Source: Pseudomonadota bacterium (GTDB lineage: Bacteria; Pseudomonadota; Gammaproteobacteria; Burkholderiales; JACQAP01). From it: a stretch of DNA of 64,000 bases. The stretch is from positions 443 through 64,442 of the forward strand of contig JBBPIT010000012.1 in NCBI GenBank assembly GCA_038040175.1. Reading direction: 5' to 3'. This document shows positions 1 through 10,735 of this stretch, piece after piece. The notes under the pieces were generated by a model. It worked only from the letters and a program-made list of their open reading frames with translations, was not told the origin of the DNA and made no database searches. Both the position numbers and the translations under genes were made by a program. Each line of letters opens with the position of its first letter. The first letter of the stretch is position 1.

Positions 1-684
1 GAAGCGCACGCCTTCCGCCAGCGTGGTTTCGAAAGCGCGGTTCACCGATTCCTTGGCCATCATCACCACCGGCAGCGACAGTTCGCAGATCTTTCCGGCG
101 GCCTTCATCGCTTCATTCATCAGTTCGGCGAGCGGTACCACCCGGCTCACCAGGCCGACGCGCTCCGCTTCGGCGGCGTCCATCATGCGCGCCTGCCCGA
201 GCAGCACCATTTCCATGGCCTTGGATTTGCCGACGAAGCGCGGCAGGCGCTGGGTGCCGCCGGCGCCGGGGATGATGGCGAGGTTGATCTCGGGCTGGCC
301 AAACCTGGCGTTGTCGGCGGCGATGATGAAATCGCACATCATCGCCAGTTCGCAGCCGCCGCCAAGCGCGTAGCCCGCCACCGCGGCGATCACCGGTTTG
401 CGGCAGCGGCTGATGCGCTCCCACTCGGCGGTGATGAAGTCTTCCTTGAAAACGTCCATGTAGGACTTTTCCTTCATCGCCTTGATGTCGGCGCCCGCGG
501 CAAAGGCCTTGTCGCTGCCGGTGACGACCATGCAGCCGATGTTGTCGTCGCCTTCGAATGTATCGAGCGCGGCGGCGAGTTCCCGCATCAGTTCCGGCGA
601 GAGCGCATTAAGCGCCTGCGGCCGGTTGAGGGTGACCACGCCGACCTTGCCGCGGGTTTCAACGATGATGTTCTGGTACGCCAT
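1..684 (-). CDS. paaF: Enoyl-CoA hydratase (PaaF-like), 3' end runs off the window
   Basis: My translation from ATG at 684: MAYQNIIVETRGKVGVVTLNRPQALNAL...GYALGGGCELAMMCD..FGQPEI, crotonase motifs; divergent from paaG. Confidence 0.8.
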   Translation of the reverse strand, partial: MAYQNIIVETRGKVGVVTLNRPQALNALSPELMRELAAALDTFEGDDNIGCMVVTGSDKAFAAGADIKAMKEKSYMDVFKEDFITAEWERISRCRKPVIAAVAGYALGGGCELAMMCDFIIAADNARFGQPEINLAIIPGAGGTQRLPRFVGKSKAMEMVLLGQARMMDAAEAERVGLVSRVVPLAELMNEAMKAAGKICELSLPVVMMAKESVNRAFETTLAEGVRF

Positions 685-763
685 GAGCGATCCTTCTCGG
701 ATAGGGTTTTATAATCCGCTGGAATCCGCGCGTGCGGATACGGACAAGAAGAGGAAAACGCCA

Positions 764-1555
764 GTGAAGCTCAACACCATTTTATTGGATATCGCCGAGG
801 GCGTCGCAACCGTGACGCTCAATCGCCCGGAGAGGCTCAACGCCTTCACCGGCGAAATGCACGGGGAACTGCGTGAGGCGCTGGCCAGGATCAAGGCGGA
901 CGCGAGCGTCCGCGCATTGCTGATCACCGGCGCCGGGCGCGGCTTCTGCGCCGGGCAGGACTTGTCCGAGCGGATGATGTCTCCGGGCACTGCGAGGGTC
1001 GATGTCGGCGATTCACTGGAGAAAAACTACAACCCGCTGCTGAAGACCCTGCGGGCGCTGCCGATGCCGGTGGTGTGCGCGGTCAATGGCGTGGCCGCCG
1101 GCGCCGGCTGCAATCTGGCGCTCGCCTGCGACATCGTGATCGCGGCAAGATCGGCGAGCTTCCTCCAGGCCTTTGCGCGCATTGGCCTGATCCCGGACGC
1201 CGGCGGCACCTACACGCTGCCGCGGCTGGTCGGCACCGCCCGGGCGATGGCCGCGGCGATGCTTGCCGAGCAGATCAGCGCCGAGCGCGCCGAGCAATGG
1301 GGATTGATCTGGAAGTGCGTGGACGATGACAAGTTGTCCGACGAAGCGCGGGCCCTGGCACGGCACCTTGCCACACAGGCCACCAAGGCGCTGGGACTGA
1401 TGAAGCGGGCGATTTACGCTTCGGCAGCGAACACGTTCGAGCAGCAGCTCGATCTTGAGCGCGACCTGCAGCGTGAAGCGGCGAACAGCGAGGACTTCCG
1501 CGAGGGCGTGACGGCGTTCAAGGAAAAGCGCCCGGCGAAATTCACCGGGCGTTAG
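764..1555 (+). CDS. paaG: Ring-1,2-epoxyphenylacetyl-CoA isomerase / crotonase family
   Basis: GTG start after GAGG; TLNRPERLNAF, GRGFCAGQDL, IGLIPDAGGT typical of PaaG. Confidence 0.8.
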   Translation: MKLNTILLDIAEGVATVTLNRPERLNAFTGEMHGELREALARIKADASVRALLITGAGRGFCAGQDLSERMMSPGTARVDVGDSLEKNYNPLLKTLRALPMPVVCAVNGVAAGAGCNLALACDIVIAARSASFLQAFARIGLIPDAGGTYTLPRLVGTARAMAAAMLAEQISAERAEQWGLIWKCVDDDKLSDEARALARHLATQATKALGLMKRAIYASAANTFEQQLDLERDLQREAANSEDFREGVTAFKEKRPAKFTGR

Positions 1556-1561
1556 ATAACT

Positions 1562-1999
1562 TCAGTGCGCGGCATCCGAAGGCCGGACGCGGATGATGAT
1601 GTCCATGCCCTCGGTCACCATGCCCGAGGGCAAGGCCGGCAACCCTGTGACGCGCACGTCTGAGGCATCGATGTCGGTGAGCCTGCCGCTTTGCAGGTCG
1701 TACAGGTGATAGTGCGGCTCGGTGTTGGGGTCGTAGAACACCTTGTTCGGGTCCACGATCACTTCACGGATCAGCTTCTTCTCGAGGAACAGGTTGAGCG
1801 TGTTGTACACGGTCGCCTTCGAGGTTTCGGAATGGCGCTCGTTGACGATCGCCATCACCTGGTCCGCCGAAAGATGCTCGTGGCGTGAAAACAGTGCGAA
1901 CGCGATCTCAATACGCTGGTGGGTCGGATTGATGCCGTGGGCCCGCAGCTTGTCGGCAAGATTGTCGCGGGTGAATTGCGTGGATACCATGCCGGGCAT
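1562..1999 (-). CDS. Fur family regulator, Irr-like
   Basis: ATVYNTLNLF recognition helix, HYHLYD, no CxxC, C-terminal LPALPSGM..DIIIRVR as in Irr proteins. Confidence 0.85.
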   Translation of the reverse strand: MPGMVSTQFTRDNLADKLRAHGINPTHQRIEIAFALFSRHEHLSADQVMAIVNERHSETSKATVYNTLNLFLEKKLIREVIVDPNKVFYDPNTEPHYHLYDLQSGRLTDIDASDVRVTGLPALPSGMVTEGMDIIIRVRPSDAAH

Positions 2000-2009
2000 T
2001 ATAAGTTAC

Positions 2010-2030
2010 GAATTGGACTCTGTCTAATTC
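2010..2030. promoter_or_regulatory. 9-3-9 palindrome, candidate autoregulatory Irr/Fur-type operator
   Basis: GAATTGGAC-TCT-GTCTAATTC about 10 bp upstream of the regulator start. Confidence 0.5.
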
Positions 2031-2410
2031 AAACCATTGATCCATTTTTTCAGTGCGTTAGGTTAAACGGGGCGGCTTATTTCGCCTTTCGCGGCCCGAC
2101 TCCCACCGCAGTTCTGGATCTCCGGGTGCCATGAAAATGGTATACGGCCCGCCCGGTCCTTGTCCTTCGTCTGCCGCTCATTCCGGGAAATCGCCCGTTC
2201 ATCGGCCTCTCTTTCACTACGCTGTCCGGTCGCTAAACTGTTGACGTCGCTATGAATCGGTCTATTTGCCCGACCGGAACACAATTCGATGGAGGGGCGT
2301 CTGTGGCGACTTCAGACCGTTCGACCTGCCAACCGGCCCTTTCGTCGGGCCGCGCTTTCAGTCCCGGTTTCACTTCAATACGATTGCTACATCTTCAGGG
2401 AGAAACAGCA

Positions 2411-2872
2411 ATGCGATTCGAAGCCGCACAACGTCATCATCCGATCTGCGACCACGGATTCACACTTATCGAACTGATGATCACGGTGGCGATCGTCGGG
2501 ATTCTTGCCGCCGTCGCGCTACCCTCCTACAACCAATATCTCGTAAGGGGAAAACTCACCGAAGCCACGGCCACGCTGTCAGGGCATCGCGTAAAGATGG
2601 AACAGTTCTACCAGGATAACCGCGCCTACACCGGCGCTTGCGCCGCCGGCACGATCGCCACCGCGCCCGCGACTACCCAGTACTTCAGTTATAGCTGCAC
2701 CATCGCGGTAGACGGCCAGAGCTATACCGTTACCGCCACAGGCCTTGGCGGTCTGGCCCCCGCAGCCCTCAGCATCGACCAGAGCAATACCCGCCGCACA
2801 GTCGCCCCGCCCCCCGGCTGGGCCGCACCGGCCGGCAACTGCTGGGTACAGAAGAAGAACGGGCAATGCTAA
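2411..2872 (+). CDS. pilE: Type IV minor pilin PilE
   Basis: G|[24 protein letters not shown] prepilin cleavage/methylation motif. Confidence 0.9.
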   Translation: MRFEAAQRHHPICDHGFTLIELMITVAIVGILAAVALPSYNQYLVRGKLTEATATLSGHRVKMEQFYQDNRAYTGACAAGTIATAPATTQYFSYSCTIAVDGQSYTVTATGLGGLAPAALSIDQSNTRRTVAPPPGWAAPAGNCWVQKKNGQC

Positions 2873-3393
2873 GTAATCGACATAAAAAGGGCGGCTTCTC
2901 CCTGATCGAATTGCTGATCGGCTTCGCGCTCATCGGCATCCTCACGGTCATGGCTGTGCCGGCTTATCAGTTCTGGATTCAGAACGTGCGGATCCGCAAT
3001 GCTGCAGAAGGCGTACTGAACGGATTGCAACTGGCCCGGGCTGAAGCGATTCGGCGTAACGCGCTGGTTCACCTGATTTTCGAAACCGGATCCGGCTGGA
3101 CAATTTCCACCATTGTCACCGGCACTGAAATCCAGGCGCGCTCCGAGAGTGAAGGGTCCGAATCTGCCGCGGTGACGATCACGCCCGCAGGCGCCGACCG
3201 GATCACATTCAACGGGATGGGCTGGCTGGCCACAAACGACGACGGCAGCCCATCGATAACGCAGATTGACGTGACCTCGGCGACCGTGGTCGGCACGGAA
3301 ATCCGCCCGCTGCGTGTGACCGTAGGTGCAGGCGGCGTCATGAAGATGTGCGATCCGGCGGTCGCGGCCGGAGACCCGCGCGCTTGTTCGTAA
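2866..3393 (+). CDS. fimT: FimT/FimU (GspH-like) minor pilin
   Basis: G|[26 protein letters not shown]. Confidence 0.85.
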   Translation: MLSNRHKKGGFSLIELLIGFALIGILTVMAVPAYQFWIQNVRIRNAAEGVLNGLQLARAEAIRRNALVHLIFETGSGWTISTIVTGTEIQARSESEGSESAAVTITPAGADRITFNGMGWLATNDDGSPSITQIDVTSATVVGTEIRPLRVTVGAGGVMKMCDPAVAAGDPRACS

Positions 3394-3418
3394 GGCGCGA
3401 ACTTTGGATGAAAAGAAC

Positions 3419-3853
3419 ATGAGACCACGTGACCTAGCCAAGTCGAAGCAAAAGGGCATCATGCTGTTGGAGGCGCTGCTGGGGCTCCTGATTTTCTCTC
3501 TCGGGATCCTGGCGGTGGTCGGGATGCAGGCAATGGCGATCAAGACCGTCGCCGAGTCGAAATACCGGATGGACGCGAGCTTCCTGGCCAACGAAGTGAT
3601 GGGCGACATGTGGGCCAACCGCTCCAATCTGGGGTTGTATGCCTACACCGGCGGCACGCCGTCGTCCGTTCTTGACCGCTGGATAACCAAGGTCAACAAC
3701 ACGCTTCCGGGTACGCCGGCGAATCCTCCGGAAATAGCCATCGGCGCGGGCAACGAGGTTACGGTGACGATCTACTGGCAGCACGCGGAAGAGGCGAAGC
3801 TTTCGCCGGCTCCGCCGCCGCACCAGTACAGCGCCATCGCCTCGATAAATTAA
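3419..3853 (+). CDS. pilV: Minor pilin PilV
   Basis: QKG|IMLLEALLGLLIFSLGILAVVGMQ; operon position. Confidence 0.85.
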   Translation: MRPRDLAKSKQKGIMLLEALLGLLIFSLGILAVVGMQAMAIKTVAESKYRMDASFLANEVMGDMWANRSNLGLYAYTGGTPSSVLDRWITKVNNTLPGTPANPPEIAIGAGNEVTVTIYWQHAEEAKLSPAPPPHQYSAIASIN

Positions 3854-3873
3854 TCTCAGGAACGGACACCAGT

Positions 3874-4992
3874 ATGCATACTTCTCATACAAATTCGCGC
3901 GGATTCAGCCTCGTGGAAATCCTGGTAGCGATGGTCATTGCCCTGCTCGGCACCATCATCATCTTCCAGGTGTTCTCGGTGTCGGAAGGTATCAAGCGCA
4001 CATCGACCAGCGGCGGCGACGCGCAGCAATTCGGCGCACTTGCGCTGTTCACGATCGAGCGCGATGTGCGCGTGGCCGGATACGGCATCAACACTGCCGC
4101 GCTGCTGGGCTGCGCCGTGCGCGGTTACGACGAGCTCGCAACCCCTCCTGATCTGCCGACCTTTACGCTGGCGCCGGTGCTGATCACCGCTGGCGCGGAC
4201 GACAAGACGGCGGACCAGATCACCCTCATGTACAGCGACTCTGATCTGATTTCGAATCCGGCAAAGATCACCCAGAACATGCCGTCTTCTGCCGCAACAT
4301 TCAAGGTCAACAACCGGTACGGTTTCATCGAGGGCGATCTGATCATTGCCACGGAACCCGGCCAAGATTGCGCCCTGGCGCAGGCGACGGGGCTGCCCGG
4401 CGGCGGCAACTCCGACAACATCGTTCACAACAGCGGCAACTACACCAACGCCAATGGCGTGACCGTGACGGCGCGATACAACAAGCCGAGCGGATTGGGC
4501 GTGAGTTACACCACCAATGGCTCGATCTACAACCTGGGCGCGGGCCCAATCAGAAACACTTATCGCATTGCGAACAATCAACTGTTGATGGACTCGTCGT
4601 TCACGACCACCACCACGTTGACGCTCGCCGACAACATCGTGCTTCTCAAGGCGCAGTACGGCAAGGACGACGGCGTAAACAACGGCACGATAACCAACAC
4701 CACCTACGCCGCCGGCGACGGCGCGGTGGACGGCTACTCCAACACCATGCCCGTCACGCCGACCGCCACCGACTGGGCGCGTATCCTGACCGTCCGCCTG
4801 GCAGTGGTGGCGCGCAGCGCGCAACCGGAGAAGCCCAGCGTCGAGGGCGGCGCCTGCGACACCACGACGGCCGCGCCCACCTGGTCGGGCGGAACGCTGG
4901 ACCTGTCGACGGACGTCAACTGGCAGTGCTACCGCTACCGTGTCTTCGAGACAACCGTACCGATTCGTAACCTGTTATGGCAGCAATCATGA
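3874..4992 (+). CDS. pilW: Minor pilin PilW
   Basis: RG|FSLVEILVAM, DVRVAGYG, C-terminal YRYRVFETTVPIRN. Confidence 0.9.
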   Translation: MHTSHTNSRGFSLVEILVAMVIALLGTIIIFQVFSVSEGIKRTSTSGGDAQQFGALALFTIERDVRVAGYGINTAALLGCAVRGYDELATPPDLPTFTLAPVLITAGADDKTADQITLMYSDSDLISNPAKITQNMPSSAATFKVNNRYGFIEGDLIIATEPGQDCALAQATGLPGGGNSDNIVHNSGNYTNANGVTVTARYNKPSGLGVSYTTNGSIYNLGAGPIRNTYRIANNQLLMDSSFTTTTTLTLADNIVLLKAQYGKDDGVNNGTITNTTYAAGDGAVDGYSNTMPVTPTATDWARILTVRLAVVARSAQPEKPSVEGGACDTTTAAPTWSGGTLDLSTDVNWQCYRYRVFETTVPIRNLLWQQS

Positions 4993-5618
4993 GAAGCCAA
5001 TACCCGATTCATTTATCCAGACCGTCAGCCTGCCGCCGGCAACAAGGCGTCGTCCTGGTCATCGCTCTCATCGTCCTGGTGGCGATGACACTGGCCGCAA
5101 TCGGCATGACCCGTTCGATCGACACGGCGAACCTGGTGGCCGGCAACCTCAGTTTCAAGCAATCCTCGCTGAGTGCCGCCGACAAAGGCATCGAAGCCGG
5201 ATTTCAGTGGGGGTTGGGGAACGCCGGGACAACCGCACTGCACAATACGGACCTTACCGCCGGCTTTTATTCATCCCGACCCGGCTCCGAACCCGACTGG
5301 ACGGACCCGGACACCTGGGTGGATGCGGTGTACCTGAACGGCGGCGCCGCCGATGCGGCGGGCAACGTGATTTCCTACGTCATTCACCGCATGTGCACCG
5401 AACCGGACACGCCGTACAACGGCATCGGCGCCGGCGGCAACGCCAACCAATGCGCCTTGTCCACACCGACCGGCGGCTCCACCACCGGCGGCAGCATGGC
5501 GGTCGGCTCCGTCCAGTTCCAGGGTAACCCTCAGGTTTATTACCGGATCACGGCACGCTCTCAGGGTCCGAAAAACACCGAGAGCTATGTGCAGTCGATG
5601 GTCGCCGTTACCAACTGA
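4989..5618 (+). CDS. pilX: Minor pilin PilX
   Basis: QQG|VVLVIALIVLVAMTL (no Glu5), YYRITARSQG; ATGA overlap with pilW. Confidence 0.9.
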   Translation: MRSQYPIHLSRPSACRRQQGVVLVIALIVLVAMTLAAIGMTRSIDTANLVAGNLSFKQSSLSAADKGIEAGFQWGLGNAGTTALHNTDLTAGFYSSRPGSEPDWTDPDTWVDAVYLNGGAADAAGNVISYVIHRMCTEPDTPYNGIGAGGNANQCALSTPTGGSTTGGSMAVGSVQFQGNPQVYYRITARSQGPKNTESYVQSMVAVTN

Positions 5619-5651
5619 TTATTCGCCACGTCCCAGCACCAGGAGATTTCC

Positions 5652-8600
5652 ATGAAAAAGTCCGCATACGACCTGTCTGTGTATTTCGTCCGCGCACTGC
5701 CTGCCGCCGCGCTGATCGCGGCCTGCGCGGCGCAAGCCGGCACGACAGACATTTCCAATACGCCGCTTTCGAGTTCCGCCAGCGCCACGGTGCTGCCGAA
5801 CCTGATGTTCGTGCTCGACGACTCGGGCTCGATGGGTTTCGACTGGCTGCCGGACTTTGTGAGCGACAGCAACACCTGCAAGCCGCGCAGCGGTGGCAAC
5901 ACCAACTGCAACCAGGGCGATCCGCCTTATTACTCGGCGGAATTCAACAGCTCGTTCTATAACCCGCAGATCACCTATGCGCCGGCGGTGAACTACGACG
6001 GCACCAGTAAAGGCGCCCAGGCTAGCCCCTGGACCAGCGTCAGGGTCAACGCCTTCACCTCGGCTACCACCATCAACCTGACCAACGCCTTCCCGGAAAT
6101 ACGGTACTGCCTGAGCGCCGGCACGGACTGCAAGCGCAACGGCATCGACAGCGCCAATCCTTTCGAATACCGGATCGGCTCCCCCGACAGCGGTACGACC
6201 TACGGCTACCCGGATTCCGCGTCCTCTTCGAATCTTCTCGCCGGCGGGGCATTCGTCGCGGTTCTCAAACCGTCCGGCAACGTTGCCACCGTTACCATCA
6301 GCGGCCACGGGCTGACATCGAGTTCTCTGGTTTCGGTAACCGCCTGCACCAACGCCAGGCTGAACGCGAACAGCAGCCCGACCACGGTCACCGTCATCAA
6401 CGCCAACAGCTTCAGCTATATCACCAGCAGCAACCTGCCGACCAACCTCAACACCTGCAAATTCAGCTTGGTCACGGCTGCCCATATTCTCGCCAGCACG
6501 GTCAACATCAATCCGCATTTCTACACCATCACCCCGAAGGAGTACTGCTCGGACACGAACCTGACTACCTGCGTGGCGGCAACCGCGCCGTCCGGGGTCA
6601 ATACCGTGCCGGCCTACGTCCGCTACTGCAAGAGCAGCAATCTTGCCAACGCGCCCGCGCCGGTGACCGGCAGTTCGGGCGGCAGCCTGAACTGCCAGGC
6701 GAAGTACACGACCACTTACCTGTATCCGCGTTACGGCAAATTCACCCGCACCGACATCGTGCCGACAACGGCGACGTATGGCAGCAGGCCGGCCCGCGTG
6801 GATTGCGTGTCAGCGCCGGTCTGTACCTACGCCGAGGAAATGACCAACTTCGCCAACTGGTACGCCTACTACCGCACCCGTATGCAGATGATGAAATCCG
6901 CTGCCGGCCGGGCTTTCCTGCCGCTCGACAACCGTTACCGCGTCGGTTTCCTCACCATCAACCCGACCTGCATCAACGGCACCGGCTCCTGCGGCAGCAG
7001 CTCGGTGCTCTCGTCGAAGTATCTGAAGATCGGCGCCTTCGACGCCACCCATAAGCAGACCTGGTACAACAAGTTCTACTCACAGATCCCTGCAAATGGC
7101 ACGCCGTTGCGGCAGGCGCTGGCGAGGACGGGCCGCCACTTCGCCGACGTACAGTCCGGCATCAACAGCGGCATGCCGGACGATCCGGTCCAATACTCCT
7201 GCCAGCAGAACTTCACTATTCTGACGACCGACGGTTACTGGAACGGCAATGCCGGCCAGACCACCACCGGCGGGGCGATCGGCAACCAGGACAACACCAA
7301 CTCCGGCTACTCCACCCGCGCGGCCGGCGCGTTCGACGGCAATCTCGCGGGCGCCTCGGACACGCTGGCCGACGTCGCGATGTACTACTACAAGACCGAC
7401 CTGCGCGGCACCGGCTCCATCGGATCGCTCGGCGCCGACGTCTCCAAGAACAACGTCCCGACTTCGTCCAAGGACACGGCGGCGTACCAGCACATGACCA
7501 CGTTCGCGCTGGGGATCGTCGACGGCCTGATGAGTTACCGTACCGATTACGAAACTGCCTCCGGCGATTTCTCCAATATCAAGACTGCGGCGAGCGGCTG
7601 CTCCTGGGCGAGCGGCACCTGCAATTGGCCGATACCGGCCGCAGACTCCCTCAGCGCGCTGGACGACCTCTGGCACGCCTCCGTGAACGGACGCGGCACT
7701 TTCTATCAGGCCAAGGATCCCAATTCGGTCGCGGACGGATTGAGCAGCGCGCTGGCCGGCCTGAACGCAAGGACCGCCGCGGCGGCAGCTTCTGCCACCA
7801 GCAGCCCGAACATCACGCCGACCGACCGCTCGATCTTCAGCTCCACCTATACCACTGTGGAATGGTCGGGCCAGGTGGTGGCTCAAGACATCGACCCGGC
7901 CACTGGCAACGTCGATCCTGCCATCAAGTGGTCGGCGCAATCGCTGCTCGACGACAAGGTCACCGCCATCACGGACACCCGTACGATCTACATTTTCGAC
8001 TCGACGGTGGCCGTCACCAAACTGAAGTCTTTTGCCTGGGCGGGTATGAGTGCTGCCGAGCAGGCCTACTTCAGCAACAAGTGCGTCCCGTCCAGCAATT
8101 TGTCGCAGTGCATCTTGCTCACCGCCCCGCAACTGGTCTTGGCCAACGACGGCCAGAACATGGTCAACTTCCTGCGCGGCCAAACCCAGCATGAAGGCGG
8201 CGTCTATCGGGACCGTCTGCACGTGCTCGGCGACACGGTGAACGCTACGCCGGCCTATATGCGCGAGCCGCGCTTCGCCTTCGCCGATGCCGTGACACCG
8301 GATTACGGGTCCTTCAAAACGGCGAACACTTCACGCCAGGCAACGCTGTTCATCGCCGCCAACGACGGCATGCTGCACGCGTTCAACGCCGACACCGGTG
8401 CCGAAATGTGGGCTTACGTTCCGAAGATGGTGATGCCGAACCTGTACAAACTGGCCGAGGACAACTACGCCACCAAGCACCAGTATTTCGTGGATGGATC
8501 ACCGGAACTTATGGACGTGTTCATCGGCGGCGCCTGGAAGACGATCCTGGTGGCCGGACTGAACAGCGGCGGCCGCGGGTACTACGCGCTTGACGTAACC

Positions 8601-9686
8601 AATCCCGCCAGCCCGAAGAGTCTGTGGGAGATCTGCTCCGACAGCACATTGTGCGCAGTCTCCGACACGGACATGGGTCTGTCCTACGGCAACCCGGTTA
8701 TCACCAAACGCCCCGGCGACGGCAAGTGGGTGGTGCACGTGAGCTCAGGCTACAACAACGTCAGCCCCGGGACCGGCAAGGGCTTCCTGTTCGTGCTGGA
8801 CGCTGCCACCGGCGCGATCCTGGAAAAGGTGGACTCGGGTGCCGGCGATACCGCAACACCCGCAGGCCTTGGCAAGATCGCCGTCTGGGCGGACAGCGGC
8901 AACACCGACAACACTGGAAAATACGTCTACGCTGGAGACCTGCTCGGCAACGTGTGGCGTTTCGACATGACCGCGAGCCCGACCAGCGTGTTGAAACTGG
9001 GAACGCTGACCGACGTCAGCGGCCGGCCGCAATCCGTCACCACCCGGCCTGAACTTGGTCTGGTACAAGGTAACCGGGTGGTGTCCGTCGGCACCGGACG
9101 GTACCTCGGCGTGAGCGACCTTCAGGACCCCGCTACCTGGGTTCCGGCATCCACCGATGCCTTCCAGCAAAGCTTCTACGCAATCAAGGATAAGGGGATC
9201 AACTACGGCGACATTCGAACCAGCGGCAATCTTGTCGAGCAAACCATCACCGTAGTCAGCTCCACGCTGCGCAGTTCTTCCACCAATTCGGTGGACTGGA
9301 GCAGCGCCAACGGCTGGTACCTTGATTTCAATCCGGGCAACGACTCGCCGGGCGAGCGGGTCAATATCGACCCGACGTTGGTCCTGGGCACTCTGGTGGT
9401 AATCACCAACGTGCCGGCCAGCGATGCCTGCACAATCGGCGGCGAAAGCTGGGTGTACCAGCTCAACTACGAAAGCGGGCGGTATCTGCAGACGTCCCCG
9501 GGTAATGCGATCGCCACCAAGCTCGGTAACGCGGTCACGGTGGGTGTCGTGGTGGTCCGGCTGCCGTCCGGTCAGCTCAAAGCCATCGCCACCGACGCCG
9601 CCGGCGCCAAGACCCCCTTCGGCGTGAATATCGGCGGCTCTTCGGCCAGCGGCAGACGCACCTCTTGGCGCGAGCTGATTAATTAA
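5652..9686 (+). CDS. pilY1: Type IV pilus tip adhesin PilY1 (vWA + beta-propeller)
   Basis: NLMFVLDDSGSM MIDAS, NFANWYAYYRTR, AANDGMLHAF, YAGDLLGNVWRFD, C-terminal RTSWREL. Confidence 0.95.
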   Translation: MKKSAYDLSVYFVRALPAAALIAACAAQAGTTDISNTPLSSSASATVLPNLMFVLDDSGSMGFDWLPDFVSDSNTCKPRSGGNTNCNQGDPPYYSAEFNSSFYNPQITYAPAVNYDGTSKGAQASPWTSVRVNAFTSATTINLTNAFPEIRYCLSAGTDCKRNGIDSANPFEYRIGSPDSGTTYGYPDSASSSNLLAGGAFVAVLKPSGNVATVTISGHGLTSSSLVSVTACTNARLNANSSPTTVTVINANSFSYITSSNLPTNLNTCKFSLVTAAHILASTVNINPHFYTITPKEYCSDTNLTTCVAATAPSGVNTVPAYVRYCKSSNLANAPAPVTGSSGGSLNCQAKYTTTYLYPRYGKFTRTDIVPTTATYGSRPARVDCVSAPVCTYAEEMTNFANWYAYYRTRMQMMKSAAGRAFLPLDNRYRVGFLTINPTCINGTGSCGSSSVLSSKYLKIGAFDATHKQTWYNKFYSQIPANGTPLRQALARTGRHFADVQSGINSGMPDDPVQYSCQQNFTILTTDGYWNGNAGQTTTGGAIGNQDNTNSGYSTRAAGAFDGNLAGASDTLADVAMYYYKTDLRGTGSIGSLGADVSKNNVPTSSKDTAAYQHMTTFALGIVDGLMSYRTDYETASGDFSNIKTAASGCSWASGTCNWPIPAADSLSALDDLWHASVNGRGTFYQAKDPNSVADGLSSALAGLNARTAAAAASATSSPNITPTDRSIFSSTYTTVEWSGQVVAQDIDPATGNVDPAIKWSAQSLLDDKVTAITDTRTIYIFDSTVAVTKLKSFAWAGMSAAEQAYFSNKCVPSSNLSQCILLTAPQLVLANDGQNMVNFLRGQTQHEGGVYRDRLHVLGDTVNATPAYMREPRFAFADAVTPDYGSFKTANTSRQATLFIAANDGMLHAFNADTGAEMWAYVPKMVMPNLYKLAEDNYATKHQYFVDGSPELMDVFIGGAWKTILVAGLNSGGRGYYALDVTNPASPKSLWEICSDSTLCAVSDTDMGLSYGNPVITKRPGDGKWVVHVSSGYNNVSPGTGKGFLFVLDAATGAILEKVDSGAGDTATPAGLGKIAVWADSGNTDNTGKYVYAGDLLGNVWRFDMTASPTSVLKLGTLTDVSGRPQSVTTRPELGLVQGNRVVSVGTGRYLGVSDLQDPATWVPASTDAFQQSFYAIKDKGINYGDIRTSGNLVEQTITVVSSTLRSSSTNSVDWSSANGWYLDFNPGNDSPGERVNIDPTLVLGTLVVITNVPASDACTIGGESWVYQLNYESGRYLQTSPGNAIATKLGNAVTVGVVVVRLPSGQLKAIATDAAGAKTPFGVNIGGSSASGRRTSWRELIN

Positions 9687-9704
9687 GGCAGCCGAAATTG
9701 AAAC

Positions 9705-9737
9705 CGGCCCGGCGGGCAACCGCCGGGCCGTTTTTTT
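9705..9737 (+). terminator. Rho-independent terminator after pilY1
   Basis: Stem CGGCCCGGCGG-gcaa-CCGCCGGGCCG followed by T7. Confidence 0.85.
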
Positions 9738-9746
9738 GCGCGCTTC

Positions 9747-10673
9747 CTAAACGCCGGCCAGCGTCCTGGGAAGCGGGAAGGTGACCTTCTCGGAAATGCC
9801 GTCCAGTTCGCTGACCGAATCGGCGCCGAGCGCGGTCAACCTCGCAATCACCGCCTGCACCAGCACTTCCGGCGCCGATGCACCCGCAGTCACGCCGATC
9901 ACCTGCTTGCCCTCGATCCACTCGGGCTTCAGGTCTGCCGCATCGTCCAGCATGTAGGCAGGCACGCCGAGATTGGCCGCCACTTCGCGCAGCCGGTTGG
10001 AGTTGGAGCTGTTCGGCGAGCCCACCACGATGACCACATCGCAGCGCGCCGCCATCGCCTTGACCGCGTCCTGCCGGTTCTGCGTGGCATAGCAGATGTC
10101 GTCCTTCTTGGGCCCGACGATGCTGGGGAAGCGCCGCCGCAACGCCTCGGTAATGGCGCGGGCATCGTCGACCGACAGCGTGGTCTGAGTGACGAAGGCG
10201 AGATTATCCGGGTCCTTGACCTGGAGCCGCTCGACTTCTTCGACCGATTCGACCAGGTACATGTCGCCGGCAATCTGCCCCATCGTGCCTTCGACCTCCG
10301 GGTGTCCGGCATGGCCGATCATGATGATTTCGCGCCAGCCGTCGTGCATCTTGGCCACCTCGACGTGCACCTTGGTCACCAGCGGACACGTGGCGTCGAA
10401 TACCCGCAGCTTGCGCGCCTGCGCCTCGCGACGGACCGCCTGCGACACGCCGTGGGCGCTGAATACCACCGTGGCCCCCTCCGGGACTTCTGCCAGTTCT
10501 TCGACGAATACGGCGCCCTTGGTGCGCAGATCGTCCACTACATATTTGTTGTGCACGACTTCGTGACGGACATAGATCGGCGCGCCGTGAAGCTGCAACG
10601 CGCGCTCGACGATGTCGATGGCGCGGTCTACGCCGGCGCAGAAGCCGCGGGGATTGGCGAGGATGACTTGCAT
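9747..10673 (-). CDS. ispH: 4-hydroxy-3-methylbut-2-enyl diphosphate reductase
   Basis: [36 protein letters not shown]. Confidence 0.97.
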   Translation of the reverse strand: MQVILANPRGFCAGVDRAIDIVERALQLHGAPIYVRHEVVHNKYVVDDLRTKGAVFVEELAEVPEGATVVFSAHGVSQAVRREAQARKLRVFDATCPLVTKVHVEVAKMHDGWREIIMIGHAGHPEVEGTMGQIAGDMYLVESVEEVERLQVKDPDNLAFVTQTTLSVDDARAITEALRRRFPSIVGPKKDDICYATQNRQDAVKAMAARCDVVIVVGSPNSSNSNRLREVAANLGVPAYMLDDAADLKPEWIEGKQVIGVTAGASAPEVLVQAVIARLTALGADSVSELDGISEKVTFPLPRTLAGV

Positions 10674-10735
10674 GACACGGGAAGGATTTCGGAAAGGACG
10701 AAATTATACGCCCCGGTAAGGGTTGCGGCGCCCGC

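Noticed and set aside
2137-2152. GG-N10-GC upstream of pilE as a sigma-54 promoter
   Set aside because: Poor -12 context (CCGC rather than TTGC); such matches are frequent in GC-rich DNA
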